From contig NC_014833.1 of assembly GCF_000179635.2 (NCBI RefSeq), positions 1,230,001-1,262,000 on the forward strand: 32,000 nucleotides of DNA, given 5' to 3'. Under the pieces are notes generated by a model. That model made no database searches. It saw nothing but the letters and a program-made list of their open reading frames with translations, and was not told the origin of the DNA. This DNA comes from Ruminococcus albus 7 = DSM 20455 (lineage in GTDB: Bacteria > Bacillota > Clostridia > Oscillospirales > Ruminococcaceae). Positions 24,285-32,000 of the stretch are shown one piece after another; positions within the stretch are counted from its first letter, which is position 1, and each line of letters opens with the position of its first letter. Position numbers and translations under genes: made by a program.

Positions 24285-27095
24285 TTACTTAACAGAAACT
24301 TTTTTAAGTGCAGTAGATGATATAGGGAGATCGGATACCTTGAGAGCTGATATTACTACAGCCTTGATGGCTTTAGCATCATCATTGGTAAGACCTTTGC
24401 CTGCATCAACACAGTCTGCATTTCTCATACCCTGAGCAGTGAGAGGATACTTCCTCTTGTTGTTGCCGTACTGGTAAATAGCTGTTACATCAGCCATATT
24501 TACCTTGCCGTCGCAGTTAACATCACCGTACAAGATCTTTGCGGAAGGATTTTCGGTGGGTTCATCATTTACAAAAGTTTCGGGCGTAGTTCCGTCAGGC
24601 TCAGAACCCCAGATGAGCTTGCCGTCCGCGTAAAGTGCTATCTTATCGGTTATAGCTGCAGCAGAGTTGTCATCTTCAAAGCTTACCAGGTCGGAGTAGC
24701 TGTAGTCGTTTGAAGAATCCCATTCAGGATATACAAACTTTTCGGGATCCATCTTTGTTGTCAGCGCGAACTGGTATACACGGCTGCCGTAGAACTTGCA
24801 GTCCTTCCAGGTGATGTCAACGTAGTAAGTTCCCTTGTCGTCATACTTGACGGGATCGGAAAGTTCTGCGTGTGACTTATTGTTGGAATAGCCTGCTACC
24901 TGGTCATAGTCGATACGTGCAGTGATATAGTCGATACCGTAGCCTGCATCCAGGAGTTCCTTGATATTGAAGAAGTATCTTGCCTTTACATTGCACTCAA
25001 ATCTGGGAGGATCAACAGTTCTGTTGTGAAGAACGACTTTGAGCTGGATACCATCCTTCTTTTCCTGTGCCTTACCGCCTGATACGAAGTATCCAACAGG
25101 CAGAGGATTGCCGTTTTCATCGACCTGATCGAAGCCCTTTGCATTTGAGGACATATCAAAGTTCTTGATGATGCTGTTCTCCTTAGCATCTATGCCGCCC
25201 TTGCGGCCGTAGTAGTGGTAAAGACCTGCAAGGTCACCGCAGAAGCCTGCATTGTAGTCGTCAGTTACCTCGTTGTAGATGTAGTCCTTGGTCTCATCAA
25301 CATGGTTGTCTTTCAGATCGGGACCGCCTACAAGTGCACCCCAGAGGGTGTGTACCTGTGTGATAGGATCATCCATGCTCTGTGTAGCGGAGCAGTGAGA
25401 TGAACGGTGGTGAGGATGGCTTGCGAAGTTGTTGCCGTAGCCTACCTCATAAGCGTAACCCATGGGGTTCTTGCCGAGGATGTATTCCATCTGAGCTCTT
25501 GCCCAGGGGAGGAATGTCTGATCGTTTGTAGTCTTGGCATATACACAAGCGCACAGACCTGCAGCTGTGTTGTAACGTGCAGAACCGTATCCAGATACTA
25601 CTGCCCAGCCCTTGGGTGACTTAGCAATAAAGTCGCCGCTTGTTTCGCTGATAGGAAGGTCTGCTATCTGATCTGCGGTCATCTTTGTGTTCCAGAGATA
25701 GTCGTCCATACCGAAGTACTTATGACCGTGAACAGGCTCATAGCCCCAGTCGGAAGAATCAACACTTTCAGCACAGCCTGACCAGAATTCAAGGTTATAG
25801 CGGAAGATGTACCAGTCACGTGCTGTGTTGGTAACAGGAGCAAGCTTTGCGAATACACCGCCCCATACTGTATCCCAGCAGTGAACCCAGATGTTCTGCC
25901 AGCAGTTGCCGGTATCTGTGATGATACGCTTCATATATCCGGTGTAAGGATGAGCGCCCTTTGCGTTTGTAGTGGTTTCATCAACTGCGATTATATCGTT
26001 GATGTAATCGTAGTCCTCGGTGCAGTAGTAAAGCCATACAGCAGCCCATGCCAGTTCATCGTAGTCATAGCTGGATGTATAGAAACCGCCGTCATAGCCA
26101 AGGCTTGAACAGCTGGGAACTTCGCCGGGCTTCCATTCCTCAACGTGGGTCTTTACAGCGAAATCGTACAGTGCCTTTGCGTACTTTAATGACTTTTTAG
26201 CGTACTCGGGCTCAGTGTCTTTGAAGTTGAGGTAGTTGATAGCAAGAGATGCAGCAGCACCGGCGCACTGATCGGATGCAGGCATTTCTTCAGTAGCGAA
26301 GTAAGCAGGACGCTTAACAGCACAGGATGAAGAAGCAACCATAGTATCCTCTACCTGGAGCTCGGGTGGGCACCAGTAGTTATGGTCATTATTACCTTCG
26401 CCTACCTGATAGCAATAAGCAATTACATTATCATCGTCGTCCATGAAAGTAACTTTCATGAAATAATCGTTGATCCAGTGGAGCTCATCCTCAACGTGCT
26501 TGTCAAGTCCCAGTTCCTTGTATGAATCACGGAATTCATAGTAGCCCCAGCCCACTGTTGAAGCGGAGTAGCTTCCCGGAAGGCCGAACTTGACGTGGTC
26601 ACCTGCATCGTGCCAGCCGCCTGTAAGGTCGAGAGTGCCGTCTCCGTCAGGGTCGAGGTATTTCTTGTTCTTGTCGATGAAATTCTGGGACATATTGACG
26701 CCTGCATACAGAGAGGGGTCGGTATCACCGAGGTTTGGCTTGGTCTTTCCGTCATCGCCTGCGCCAAGTCCCTGATCCTCCTGCAGCTGATCGTCAGTTT
26801 TGCCTTTACCTATCTCCGGCATGGGGCTCATGGGCTGGAGCGGTATATAACCGTCCTTTACATGACAATTTGCACGCCAGGAGTAATAGCCGTCATCGGC
26901 TACCTCGTCGCCGCACTTGTTAGCATCGTAGAAACAAAGTGCAAGCTGCAGAGCTTCTGCGTAGTTGTGGTAGTTGTTGGGATTCTCTTTGTCGATCACA
27001 GCGGCGGTAACTGTAGCAGCAGTGTTTCCTGTGAACATCATTGCAGCAGCGGATAAGCCGGCAAGTGATCTTTTAAGAAACTTTCCCTTTCCCAT
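24285..27095 (-). CDS. Cellulosomal GH9 endoglucanase (theme B): GH9 + CBM3c + linker + C-terminal dockerin, 936 aa
   Basis: ORF track 24285..27095(-), AAAGGAAG RBS, signal peptide ...TAATVTAAV. GH9 motifs: DLTGGWHDAGDHVKFGLP, DHNYW, HHRSSH, GALVGGPD, NEVTDDYNAGF. CBM3c-like pattern: LKVVLHNRT...ARYFFNIKELLDAGY...YYVDITW...WDSSNDYSY. The dockerin has DVNCDGKVNMAD plus a second loop NADCVDAGKGLTNDD. Confidence 0.9.
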   Translation of the reverse strand: MGKGKFLKRSLAGLSAAAMMFTGNTAATVTAAVIDKENPNNYHNYAEALQLALCFYDANKCGDEVADDGYYSWRANCHVKDGYIPLQPMSPMPEIGKGKTDDQLQEDQGLGAGDDGKTKPNLGDTDPSLYAGVNMSQNFIDKNKKYLDPDGDGTLDLTGGWHDAGDHVKFGLPGSYSASTVGWGYYEFRDSYKELGLDKHVEDELHWINDYFMKVTFMDDDDNVIAYCYQVGEGNNDHNYWCPPELQVEDTMVASSSCAVKRPAYFATEEMPASDQCAGAAASLAINYLNFKDTEPEYAKKSLKYAKALYDFAVKTHVEEWKPGEVPSCSSLGYDGGFYTSSYDYDELAWAAVWLYYCTEDYDYINDIIAVDETTTNAKGAHPYTGYMKRIITDTGNCWQNIWVHCWDTVWGGVFAKLAPVTNTARDWYIFRYNLEFWSGCAESVDSSDWGYEPVHGHKYFGMDDYLWNTKMTADQIADLPISETSGDFIAKSPKGWAVVSGYGSARYNTAAGLCACVYAKTTNDQTFLPWARAQMEYILGKNPMGYAYEVGYGNNFASHPHHRSSHCSATQSMDDPITQVHTLWGALVGGPDLKDNHVDETKDYIYNEVTDDYNAGFCGDLAGLYHYYGRKGGIDAKENSIIKNFDMSSNAKGFDQVDENGNPLPVGYFVSGGKAQEKKDGIQLKVVLHNRTVDPPRFECNVKARYFFNIKELLDAGYGIDYITARIDYDQVAGYSNNKSHAELSDPVKYDDKGTYYVDITWKDCKFYGSRVYQFALTTKMDPEKFVYPEWDSSNDYSYSDLVSFEDDNSAAAITDKIALYADGKLIWGSEPDGTTPETFVNDEPTENPSAKILYGDVNCDGKVNMADVTAIYQYGNNKRKYPLTAQGMRNADCVDAGKGLTNDDAKAIKAVVISALKVSDLPISSTALKKVSVK

Positions 27096-27540
27096 TTTAA
27101 TCTTCCTTTCTGTCAGTGTTTTTCAGCAGAGCTTTCTTTTTAAGTCTGTCAGTACGATACTATAGATATCGTTTTCTTTTCTATAATAAGGTCAACAGCA
27201 TCAAAAAGAGATCCCATGCTATCGGATCTGATCTTATGATCTTTGGGTTGGTCCGAACTGTTTACAGGCGAACAGGACATTAGTTCACCTATAGCTAATA
27301 ATAACATAGCAATAACCGTATGTAAAGTAAAATATTGCGATTCATAGCATTTTTGTTAACTGCAAACAATAACGATCCATTATTAATGGACATTTTTACA
27401 ATTACCCATTCGCATCATTAGTTTATTCTGAGATTAAAAATGGAACTTTATGGCTGAAAGAAATAAATGTAATATTTATATAGTATTAGTTATCCTATAA
27501 GGAGTATTATCCAGGTTATCTAACGGCAAATCTGGATCAG

Positions 27541-27582
27541 AAAAAAAGCTGCGGAGCGTATTAACGCTCACACAGCTTTCAG
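27541..27582 (-). terminator. Rho-independent terminator of the pilin gene
   Basis: The minus strand reads AGCTG-TGT-GAGCG TTAATA CGCTC-CG-CAGCT followed by TTTTTTT (comp 27547..27541). It lies ~85 nt beyond the stop at 27667. Confidence 0.7.
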
Positions 27583-27666
27583 AGGTATTATTATGACAAG
27601 TGTTATTTATAGACCCGCCGAAGATCATATAACACCTGTACAAGCCATTTTAGAGAGAAACAGTGA

Positions 27667-28320
27667 TCAATGTTTGTTTTGGTTAGCGTGCTCGATCGCG
27701 AAATCATCAGTGTGACCTGCTGCAAATTTGCAGAACAGAGCTGTTGCCTTTTCGTCAGCATCGGCTTCAGCAAGCTGGTTGGTGCCTGCTTTTGTAGCAC
27801 AATAAGATATATCCAGATTTCCGTCGGGCATTATTCTGAAGTGTATCTCATAAGCGAGCCAGTTATGATTTGAATGACACATAAGTCTGGTATCTTTCTT
27901 GTAAACCTGCTGTTCACCTTCACCGGGCACATCTCCGCCGCGTCTTCTTATTGTAGCGTTCGGTTTTACATAGCCATTATCAATAAGTATCTGCATCATC
28001 TGTTTGGATGATGTTCTTACATCGTCCTTGCCGACATAAACATAACCCCATGATGATGTGCCGTCAGCATCAAGGTTAGTTGACCATGGATTATACAGAT
28101 TAAGGTCATCGCATATAGCAGCTTCAGCCATTATCAGTTTTCCTATGTCCTTTGCTTCGTTAGCATCACGTGTATTATTTGCTTTTTCGATCAGCTTGAG
28201 CAGGTTAGGCACGATAATTGCAGCCAAAACTGCAATTATTGCCAAAACTGTTACAAGCTCTACCAGTGTGAAGCCTTTTCTGTTCGGTCCGTTTTTGTTA
28301 AAGTATCCGTTTGTCCTCAT
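27667..28320 (-). CDS. Type IV pilin / pseudopilin precursor (prepilin-type N-terminal cleavage/methylation domain), 217 aa
   Basis: ORF track 27667..28320(-). The leader MRTNGYFNKNGPNRKG is followed by FTLVELVTVLAIIAVLAAIIVP. This matches G|FTLxE with Glu at +5 and a hydrophobic alpha1 helix. The globular C-terminal part has 4 Cys. No pilus assembly genes are present in the window. Confidence 0.85.
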   Translation of the reverse strand: MRTNGYFNKNGPNRKGFTLVELVTVLAIIAVLAAIIVPNLLKLIEKANNTRDANEAKDIGKLIMAEAAICDDLNLYNPWSTNLDADGTSSWGYVYVGKDDVRTSSKQMMQILIDNGYVKPNATIRRRGGDVPGEGEQQVYKKDTRLMCHSNHNWLAYEIHFRIMPDGNLDISYCATKAGTNQLAEADADEKATALFCKFAAGHTDDFAIEHANQNKH

Positions 28321-28494
28321 AAAAAACCACCCTTATCATAATTCACCTTGTTTTTTTACTATATTGATTGATCACATATCATCTGCCGCGCCGCACTAAT
28401 CAGCCAACGAAAACATTTCGTTTTCAAGAAAAATTTCCGAAAACGCGCGGATAACTTATCGCTTTTGATTTAATCTAATTTGTTCTCTACAATA

Positions 28495-28524
28495 ACTATA
28501 TCACTAATTATATTTTTTTGTCAA
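28495..28524 (-). promoter_or_regulatory. Candidate promoter TTGACA-18-TATAGT for the pilin gene
   Basis: Minus strand: TTGACA (comp 28524..28519), 18-nt spacer, TATAGT (comp 28500..28495). This implies a 5' UTR of ~170 nt. Confidence 0.5.
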
Positions 28525-28600
28525 TGGTAAATATCATTATGAAAATGTGAATAATAATAGACGTTTCTTAAATAATAAAGCTAAAACACCGTTATTTGCG

Positions 28601-28724
28601 GCGAAAACGTTTGAAAAGTCACTGGGAAAACGTTTTAGATTTATTAAAATGATGTATTGTATCAAAATGATAATTTATTAATATAAGATTTAGAAATCCT
28701 TTGCTTGCGTGGAAACGTTTGCGA
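28601..28724. promoter_or_regulatory. Three AAACGTTT-centred palindromic operator-like sites (LacI/PurR/CcpA type)
   Basis: GCGAAAACGTTTGAAA has its core at 28605-28612. GGGAAAACGTTTTAGA carries the perfect 10-bp palindrome AAAACGTTTT at 28627-28636. GTGGAAACGTTTGCGA has its core at 28713-28720. Confidence 0.5.
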
Positions 28725-28894
28725 AAATCAGAAAATGAAATTTCGTAAAATATTATGTTCGGATAAATGATCTGATGACGATCGTCACAGAAAAGACTGT
28801 CAATTGCTTTGTAAAAAATGAAAAATGAATGATATTTACAAGTAAAAAGGCGGATAAAGAAACATCCGCTATCACGGATTTATCTGTGTAAGTC

Positions 28895-28923
28895 TTGACA
28901 AAACAGGGATAATATAGTATAAT
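28895..28923 (+). promoter_or_regulatory. Perfect consensus sigma-70 promoter TTGACA-17-TATAAT for greA
   Basis: TTGACA 28895-28900, 17-nt spacer, TATAAT 28918-28923. It lies 53 nt upstream of ATG 28977. Confidence 0.8.
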
Positions 28924-28976
28924 ATTGATTTGAAGTATGACCGAACAAACCAAATATCATATAGGAGTGTTTTATA

Positions 28977-29453
28977 ATGGAAATCAACAAGACAGTATCA
29001 AAAGCCGGCTATAACAAACTGGTTGAAGAAAAGGAATATCTCGTAACAGTCAAGCGTAAAGAGGTTGCACAGAAGCTGAAAGAAGCACGTTCTTTCGGTG
29101 ACCTTTCCGAGAACGCTGAGTACGATGAAGCCAAGAATGAACAGGCTATACTTGAATCGCGTATCAACGAACTTGAGATACTCATTTCCAACGCTACAGT
29201 CGTTGATGATGATGAGATATCTGTTCACGAGGTCGGTGTTGGTTCTTATGTTAAGCTGAAGGATCTTGAGTTCGATGAGATCGAAACTCTTCAGATCGTA
29301 GGTTCTACCGAATCTGATCCCGACAACGGCAAGATCTCTGACGAGAGCCCTATAGGAAAGGCTGCGCTCCACATGAAGGTCGGTGACATATTCGAGGTCG
29401 AGGCACCTGCTGGTATGATCAAGTTTGAGGTCCTGGAAATCACAAGGGAATAA
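28977..29453 (+). CDS. greA: Transcription elongation factor GreA, 158 aa
   Basis: ORF track 28977..29453(+). The coiled-coil N-terminus reads GYNKLVEEKEYL...EVAQKLKEARSFGDLSENAEYDEAKNEQA. The C-terminal domain reads SDESPIGKAALHMKVGD. An AGGAG RBS lies upstream. Confidence 0.95.
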   Translation: MEINKTVSKAGYNKLVEEKEYLVTVKRKEVAQKLKEARSFGDLSENAEYDEAKNEQAILESRINELEILISNATVVDDDEISVHEVGVGSYVKLKDLEFDEIETLQIVGSTESDPDNGKISDESPIGKAALHMKVGDIFEVEAPAGMIKFEVLEITRE

Positions 29454-29801
29454 TGAACGTCAGTCTCCCTTTCTGATTTGAGGATATATACTTCGGCAGC
29501 GGCAGGCTGATGTCCTGCATGAACACCTGTGACGAGGATTCCTCGCTGCGGCGCATATCGGATATCCGGATAATTTCGATATAACGGTGGATCACTTTGA
29601 AGCACAAATATTTACGGCGGCGATTTTTCGTGCGGATGATATATCACTGCTGAAGAAAGCCGTGACGGAGTGTGTCAGACGTGCCGAAAGGGAAGCGGAG
29701 CAAAGACGATTTTCATATTACGGTAGACTATGGGATACCGAATATATTGATGTCAGATAAGCCGCGGAAGGCTTTTATGACAGTTGACTGAGGTGATAGA
29801 T

Positions 29802-30257
29802 ATGCACAGGACTGCGCTTGCGGCAGTTATAGTATCGTCGATGATGCTTTGCAGCTGTATGGGAAAAAGCATTAACGCAGTCAGCAGTAAGGAATTCAGC
29901 AAAACTGTACTAGAATGTGGTTACTGCGCTGAAGACGGCATCTCTGTTACAGATAGTGAGGACGGGACATCTACCAAAGTCCTCGCGGATAACGGATGGC
30001 TGGCAGGATTCTATGAATGTGCTGACTATGATATTGCTGAGAATGAATTTTACAGTGAATGCAACGCCGCAGATATGGATGATATAAAGGATATTGGCAA
30101 TAATGTGCAGTCGGCTGAAAAAACATCCGGCAATAACTACTCACTGTATATCAGGGTGGGGAAGACCTGCCTGATGATGACAGGTCCCACAGAAAGATCT
30201 GATGAAATGAAAGACCTCGCCGCTAAGCTGGGGTATAGTGATGGGAAAAAGAAGTAG
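29802..30257 (+). CDS. Small putative lipoprotein, unknown function, 151 aa
   Basis: ORF track 29784..30257(+). The start is trimmed to ATG 29802 (GAGGTGA RBS 5 nt upstream). The signal peptide and lipobox read MHRTALAAVIVSSMMLCSC. Confidence 0.65.
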   Translation: MHRTALAAVIVSSMMLCSCMGKSINAVSSKEFSKTVLECGYCAEDGISVTDSEDGTSTKVLADNGWLAGFYECADYDIAENEFYSECNAADMDDIKDIGNNVQSAEKTSGNNYSLYIRVGKTCLMMTGPTERSDEMKDLAAKLGYSDGKKK

Positions 30258-30296
30258 ATGTCAGCTCGTCAGATCATTACAGAAAGGAAGTAAAAT

Positions 30297-31874
30297 ATGA
30301 GCGAAGAAATAAAGAACAATGCTCCTGAGGAAGAAGAACTTACTCAGGAACAGGTGAATGAATATAAGAAGATAAGAATGGAAAAGCTGAAGGCTTTGCA
30401 GGACGAGGGTGCTGACCCTTTCCAGATCACCAAGTATGATGTGACTGCAAGCTGCGAGGATGCCAAGGCTATCTATGAGAAGACCGAGGCTGAGTGCAAG
30501 ACTCAGGCAGGTGAGGACGAGGAAACTCTGGCTGCCAAGCTGGAGGAGAACCGCGTTCGCGTTTCCATCGCAGGACGTATTATGTCCAAGAGAATGATGG
30601 GTAAGGCAAGCTTCATGGATCTCAGAGACAAGAGCGGCAAGATACAGCTCTATGTCAGGATGAACGAGGTCGGCAAGGAAGCTTTTGACCGTTACGTAAA
30701 GAAGGGCGACATTGGTGATATCGTCGGCATTACAGGCTTTGTTTTCAGAACAAGGATGGGCGAGATATCCGTTCATGCTGAAAGCTTTACTCTGCTTTCC
30801 AAGAACCTGCAGCCCCTGCCCGAAAAGTGGCATGGTCTGAAGGATCAGGATACAAGATACAGACAGCGTTACACTGACCTGATATGCAACCCCGAGGTCA
30901 AGGATACTTTCATCAAGAGATCCAAGATCATCTCCACTATCAGAAGATATCTGGACGAAAGGGGATTCATGGAGGTCGAGACCCCCATGCTGGTAAGCAA
31001 CGCAGGCGGTGCTGCTGCAAGACCTTTCGAGACGCATTACAATGCTCTTGACGAGGACGTTAAGCTGAGAATATCTCTCGAACTCTACCTCAAGAGACTT
31101 ATCGTTGGCGGACTTGAAAGAGTTTACGAGATCGGCAGAGTTTTCAGAAACGAGGGCGTTGACGCAAGACATAACCCCGAGTTCACACTTATGGAGCTTT
31201 ATCAGGCATACACTGATTATCACGGCATGATGGATCTGACAGAGGATATGTTCAGACATCTGGCTGAAACTGTCTGCGGCGGTACAACTATACCCTATGG
31301 CGAACATCAGATAGACCTGGGCAAGCCTTTCGAGAGACTGACCATGATCGAGGCAGTTAAGAAGTATGCAGGCGTTGATTTCAATGAGATCAAGACCACT
31401 GAGGAAGCAAAGGCACTGGCTAAGGAAAAGCACATAGAGTTTGAAGACAGGCACAAGAGGGGAGATATCCTCAATCTGTTCTTTGAAGAGTATGTTGAGG
31501 AGCACCTCATCCAGCCTACTTTCATAATGGATCACCCCATCGAGATCAGCCCCCTGACCAAGAAGAAGCCTGATGCGCCCGATTATGTTGAGCGTTTTGA
31601 GCTGTTCATCAATGGCTGGGAGATGTGCAACGCATACAGTGAGCTGAATGATCCGATCGATCAGCGCGAGCGTTTCAAGGCACAGGAAGAAGCTCTCAGC
31701 AACGGCGACGAAGAAGCAAACCGCACCGACGAAGACTTCCTGCGTGCGCTGGAGATAGGTATGCCTCCTACGGGCGGTATCGGCTACGGCATCGACAGAC
31801 TCGTTATGCTGCTGACAAATTCACCAGCTATCAGAGATGTACTGCTGTTCCCGACGATGAAGAGCATCGACTGA
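30297..31874 (+). CDS. lysS: Lysine--tRNA ligase, class II, 525 aa
   Basis: ORF track 30297..31874(+). The OB-fold anticodon-binding region reads VSIAGRIMSKRMMGKASFMDLRDKSGKIQLY. Class II motifs: motif 1 FMEVETPML, motif 2 YEIGRVFRNEG, motif 3 GGIGYGIDRLVMLL. Confidence 0.95.
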   Translation: MSEEIKNNAPEEEELTQEQVNEYKKIRMEKLKALQDEGADPFQITKYDVTASCEDAKAIYEKTEAECKTQAGEDEETLAAKLEENRVRVSIAGRIMSKRMMGKASFMDLRDKSGKIQLYVRMNEVGKEAFDRYVKKGDIGDIVGITGFVFRTRMGEISVHAESFTLLSKNLQPLPEKWHGLKDQDTRYRQRYTDLICNPEVKDTFIKRSKIISTIRRYLDERGFMEVETPMLVSNAGGAAARPFETHYNALDEDVKLRISLELYLKRLIVGGLERVYEIGRVFRNEGVDARHNPEFTLMELYQAYTDYHGMMDLTEDMFRHLAETVCGGTTIPYGEHQIDLGKPFERLTMIEAVKKYAGVDFNEIKTTEEAKALAKEKHIEFEDRHKRGDILNLFFEEYVEEHLIQPTFIMDHPIEISPLTKKKPDAPDYVERFELFINGWEMCNAYSELNDPIDQRERFKAQEEALSNGDEEANRTDEDFLRALEIGMPPTGGIGYGIDRLVMLLTNSPAIRDVLLFPTMKSID

Positions 31875-32000
31875 GAAACGGCGTAAATACGCGGGGTTTA
31901 TGACCCGGCAAGCAAGATTTACGACCAACTTACGACCGAATTGTTGAGGACACGTTTGATAGAAAAAAAAATCCCGAAGCTGACTATGGTGGTTGGCTTC

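Noticed and set aside
24148-24435. 95-aa plus-strand ORF between the GH5 and GH9 genes
   Set aside because: It starts between two terminators, reads through the GH9 terminator hairpin and continues antisense into the GH9 dockerin-coding region.
28753-28953. 66-aa minus-strand ORF upstream of greA
   Set aside because: It overlaps the perfect greA promoter, its product is hydrophobic and Ile/Phe-rich as expected from AT-rich DNA, and it has no RBS.
30261-31535. 424-aa ORF on the minus strand
   Set aside because: It is entirely antisense to lysS, whose plus-strand product has unmistakable class II LysRS motifs. The product is Leu/Ser/Cys-rich and low-complexity, has no RBS, and is a typical open antisense frame of a Glu/Lys-rich gene.
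31961-32000. A9 run followed by CCCGAAGC...GCTTC at the window edge, possibly a minus-strand terminator of a gene beyond the window
   Set aside because: The hairpin is truncated by the window end, and the visible loop (15 nt) is too large to call a terminator with confidence.
1-32000. Search for CRISPR arrays, IS elements or transposases, integrases, prophage genes, tRNA/rRNA genes, T-boxes or riboswitches
   Set aside because: I found no direct-repeat/spacer arrays, terminal inverted repeats, recombinase-like ORFs or tRNA-like sequences by eye. lysS is only 39 nt from the upstream gene, so there is no T-box leader. This negative result is limited by manual inspection.

Overview
The window looks like a chromosomal segment from a cellulolytic, cellulosome-type Firmicute. 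It resembles Ruminococcus flavefaciens or R. albus, judging by about 45% GC, four type-I dockerin modules and a Gram-positive type IV pilin. The species cannot be proven without a database search.

Gene content falls into four blocks.

(1) Positions 1-2617, minus strand: a Zn/Cd efflux operon. It encodes an SmtB/CzrA-like repressor, a SAM methyltransferase, a stand-alone HMA domain protein and an HMA-less P1B ATPase that is cut by the window edge.

(2) Positions 2800-10161: a dockerin-bearing protein of unknown function; a MacB/FtsX-type ABC exporter with a PfkB kinase downstream; and a single-gene MccF/LdcA-like S66 peptidase cassette.

(3) Positions 10274-13464, minus strand: a zinc-limitation-type operon. 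It encodes a Cys/His-rich two-TM mini-protein, a ZnuA-family lipoprotein with a complete ZinT domain inserted in its His-rich loop, and a COG0523 GTPase. No permease or ATPase is present. I rate this the most unusual locus in the window.

(4) Positions 13780-28320: a plant-cell-wall degradation block.
- A PL10-CE8 pectinase with tandem CBM-like repeats and an FN3 domain.
- A CE1-dockerin-CBM-SGNH esterase.
- An AraC regulator whose promoter overlaps the promoter of a GH5-dockerin-2xCBM cellulase on the opposite strand.
- A GH9-CBM3c-dockerin cellulase.
- An orphan type IV pilin gene, a candidate cellulose-adhesion pilin. Its long upstream region carries three AAACGTTT LacI/PurR-type palindromes.

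The window ends with housekeeping genes greA, a small lipoprotein gene and lysS.

Five promoters have perfect TTGACA and TATAAT hexamers (four with 17-bp spacing, one with 18-bp), and eight rho-independent terminators are readable. I found no rRNA, tRNA, CRISPR array, transposase or integrase. All functional calls rest on motifs read by eye; no searches were run.
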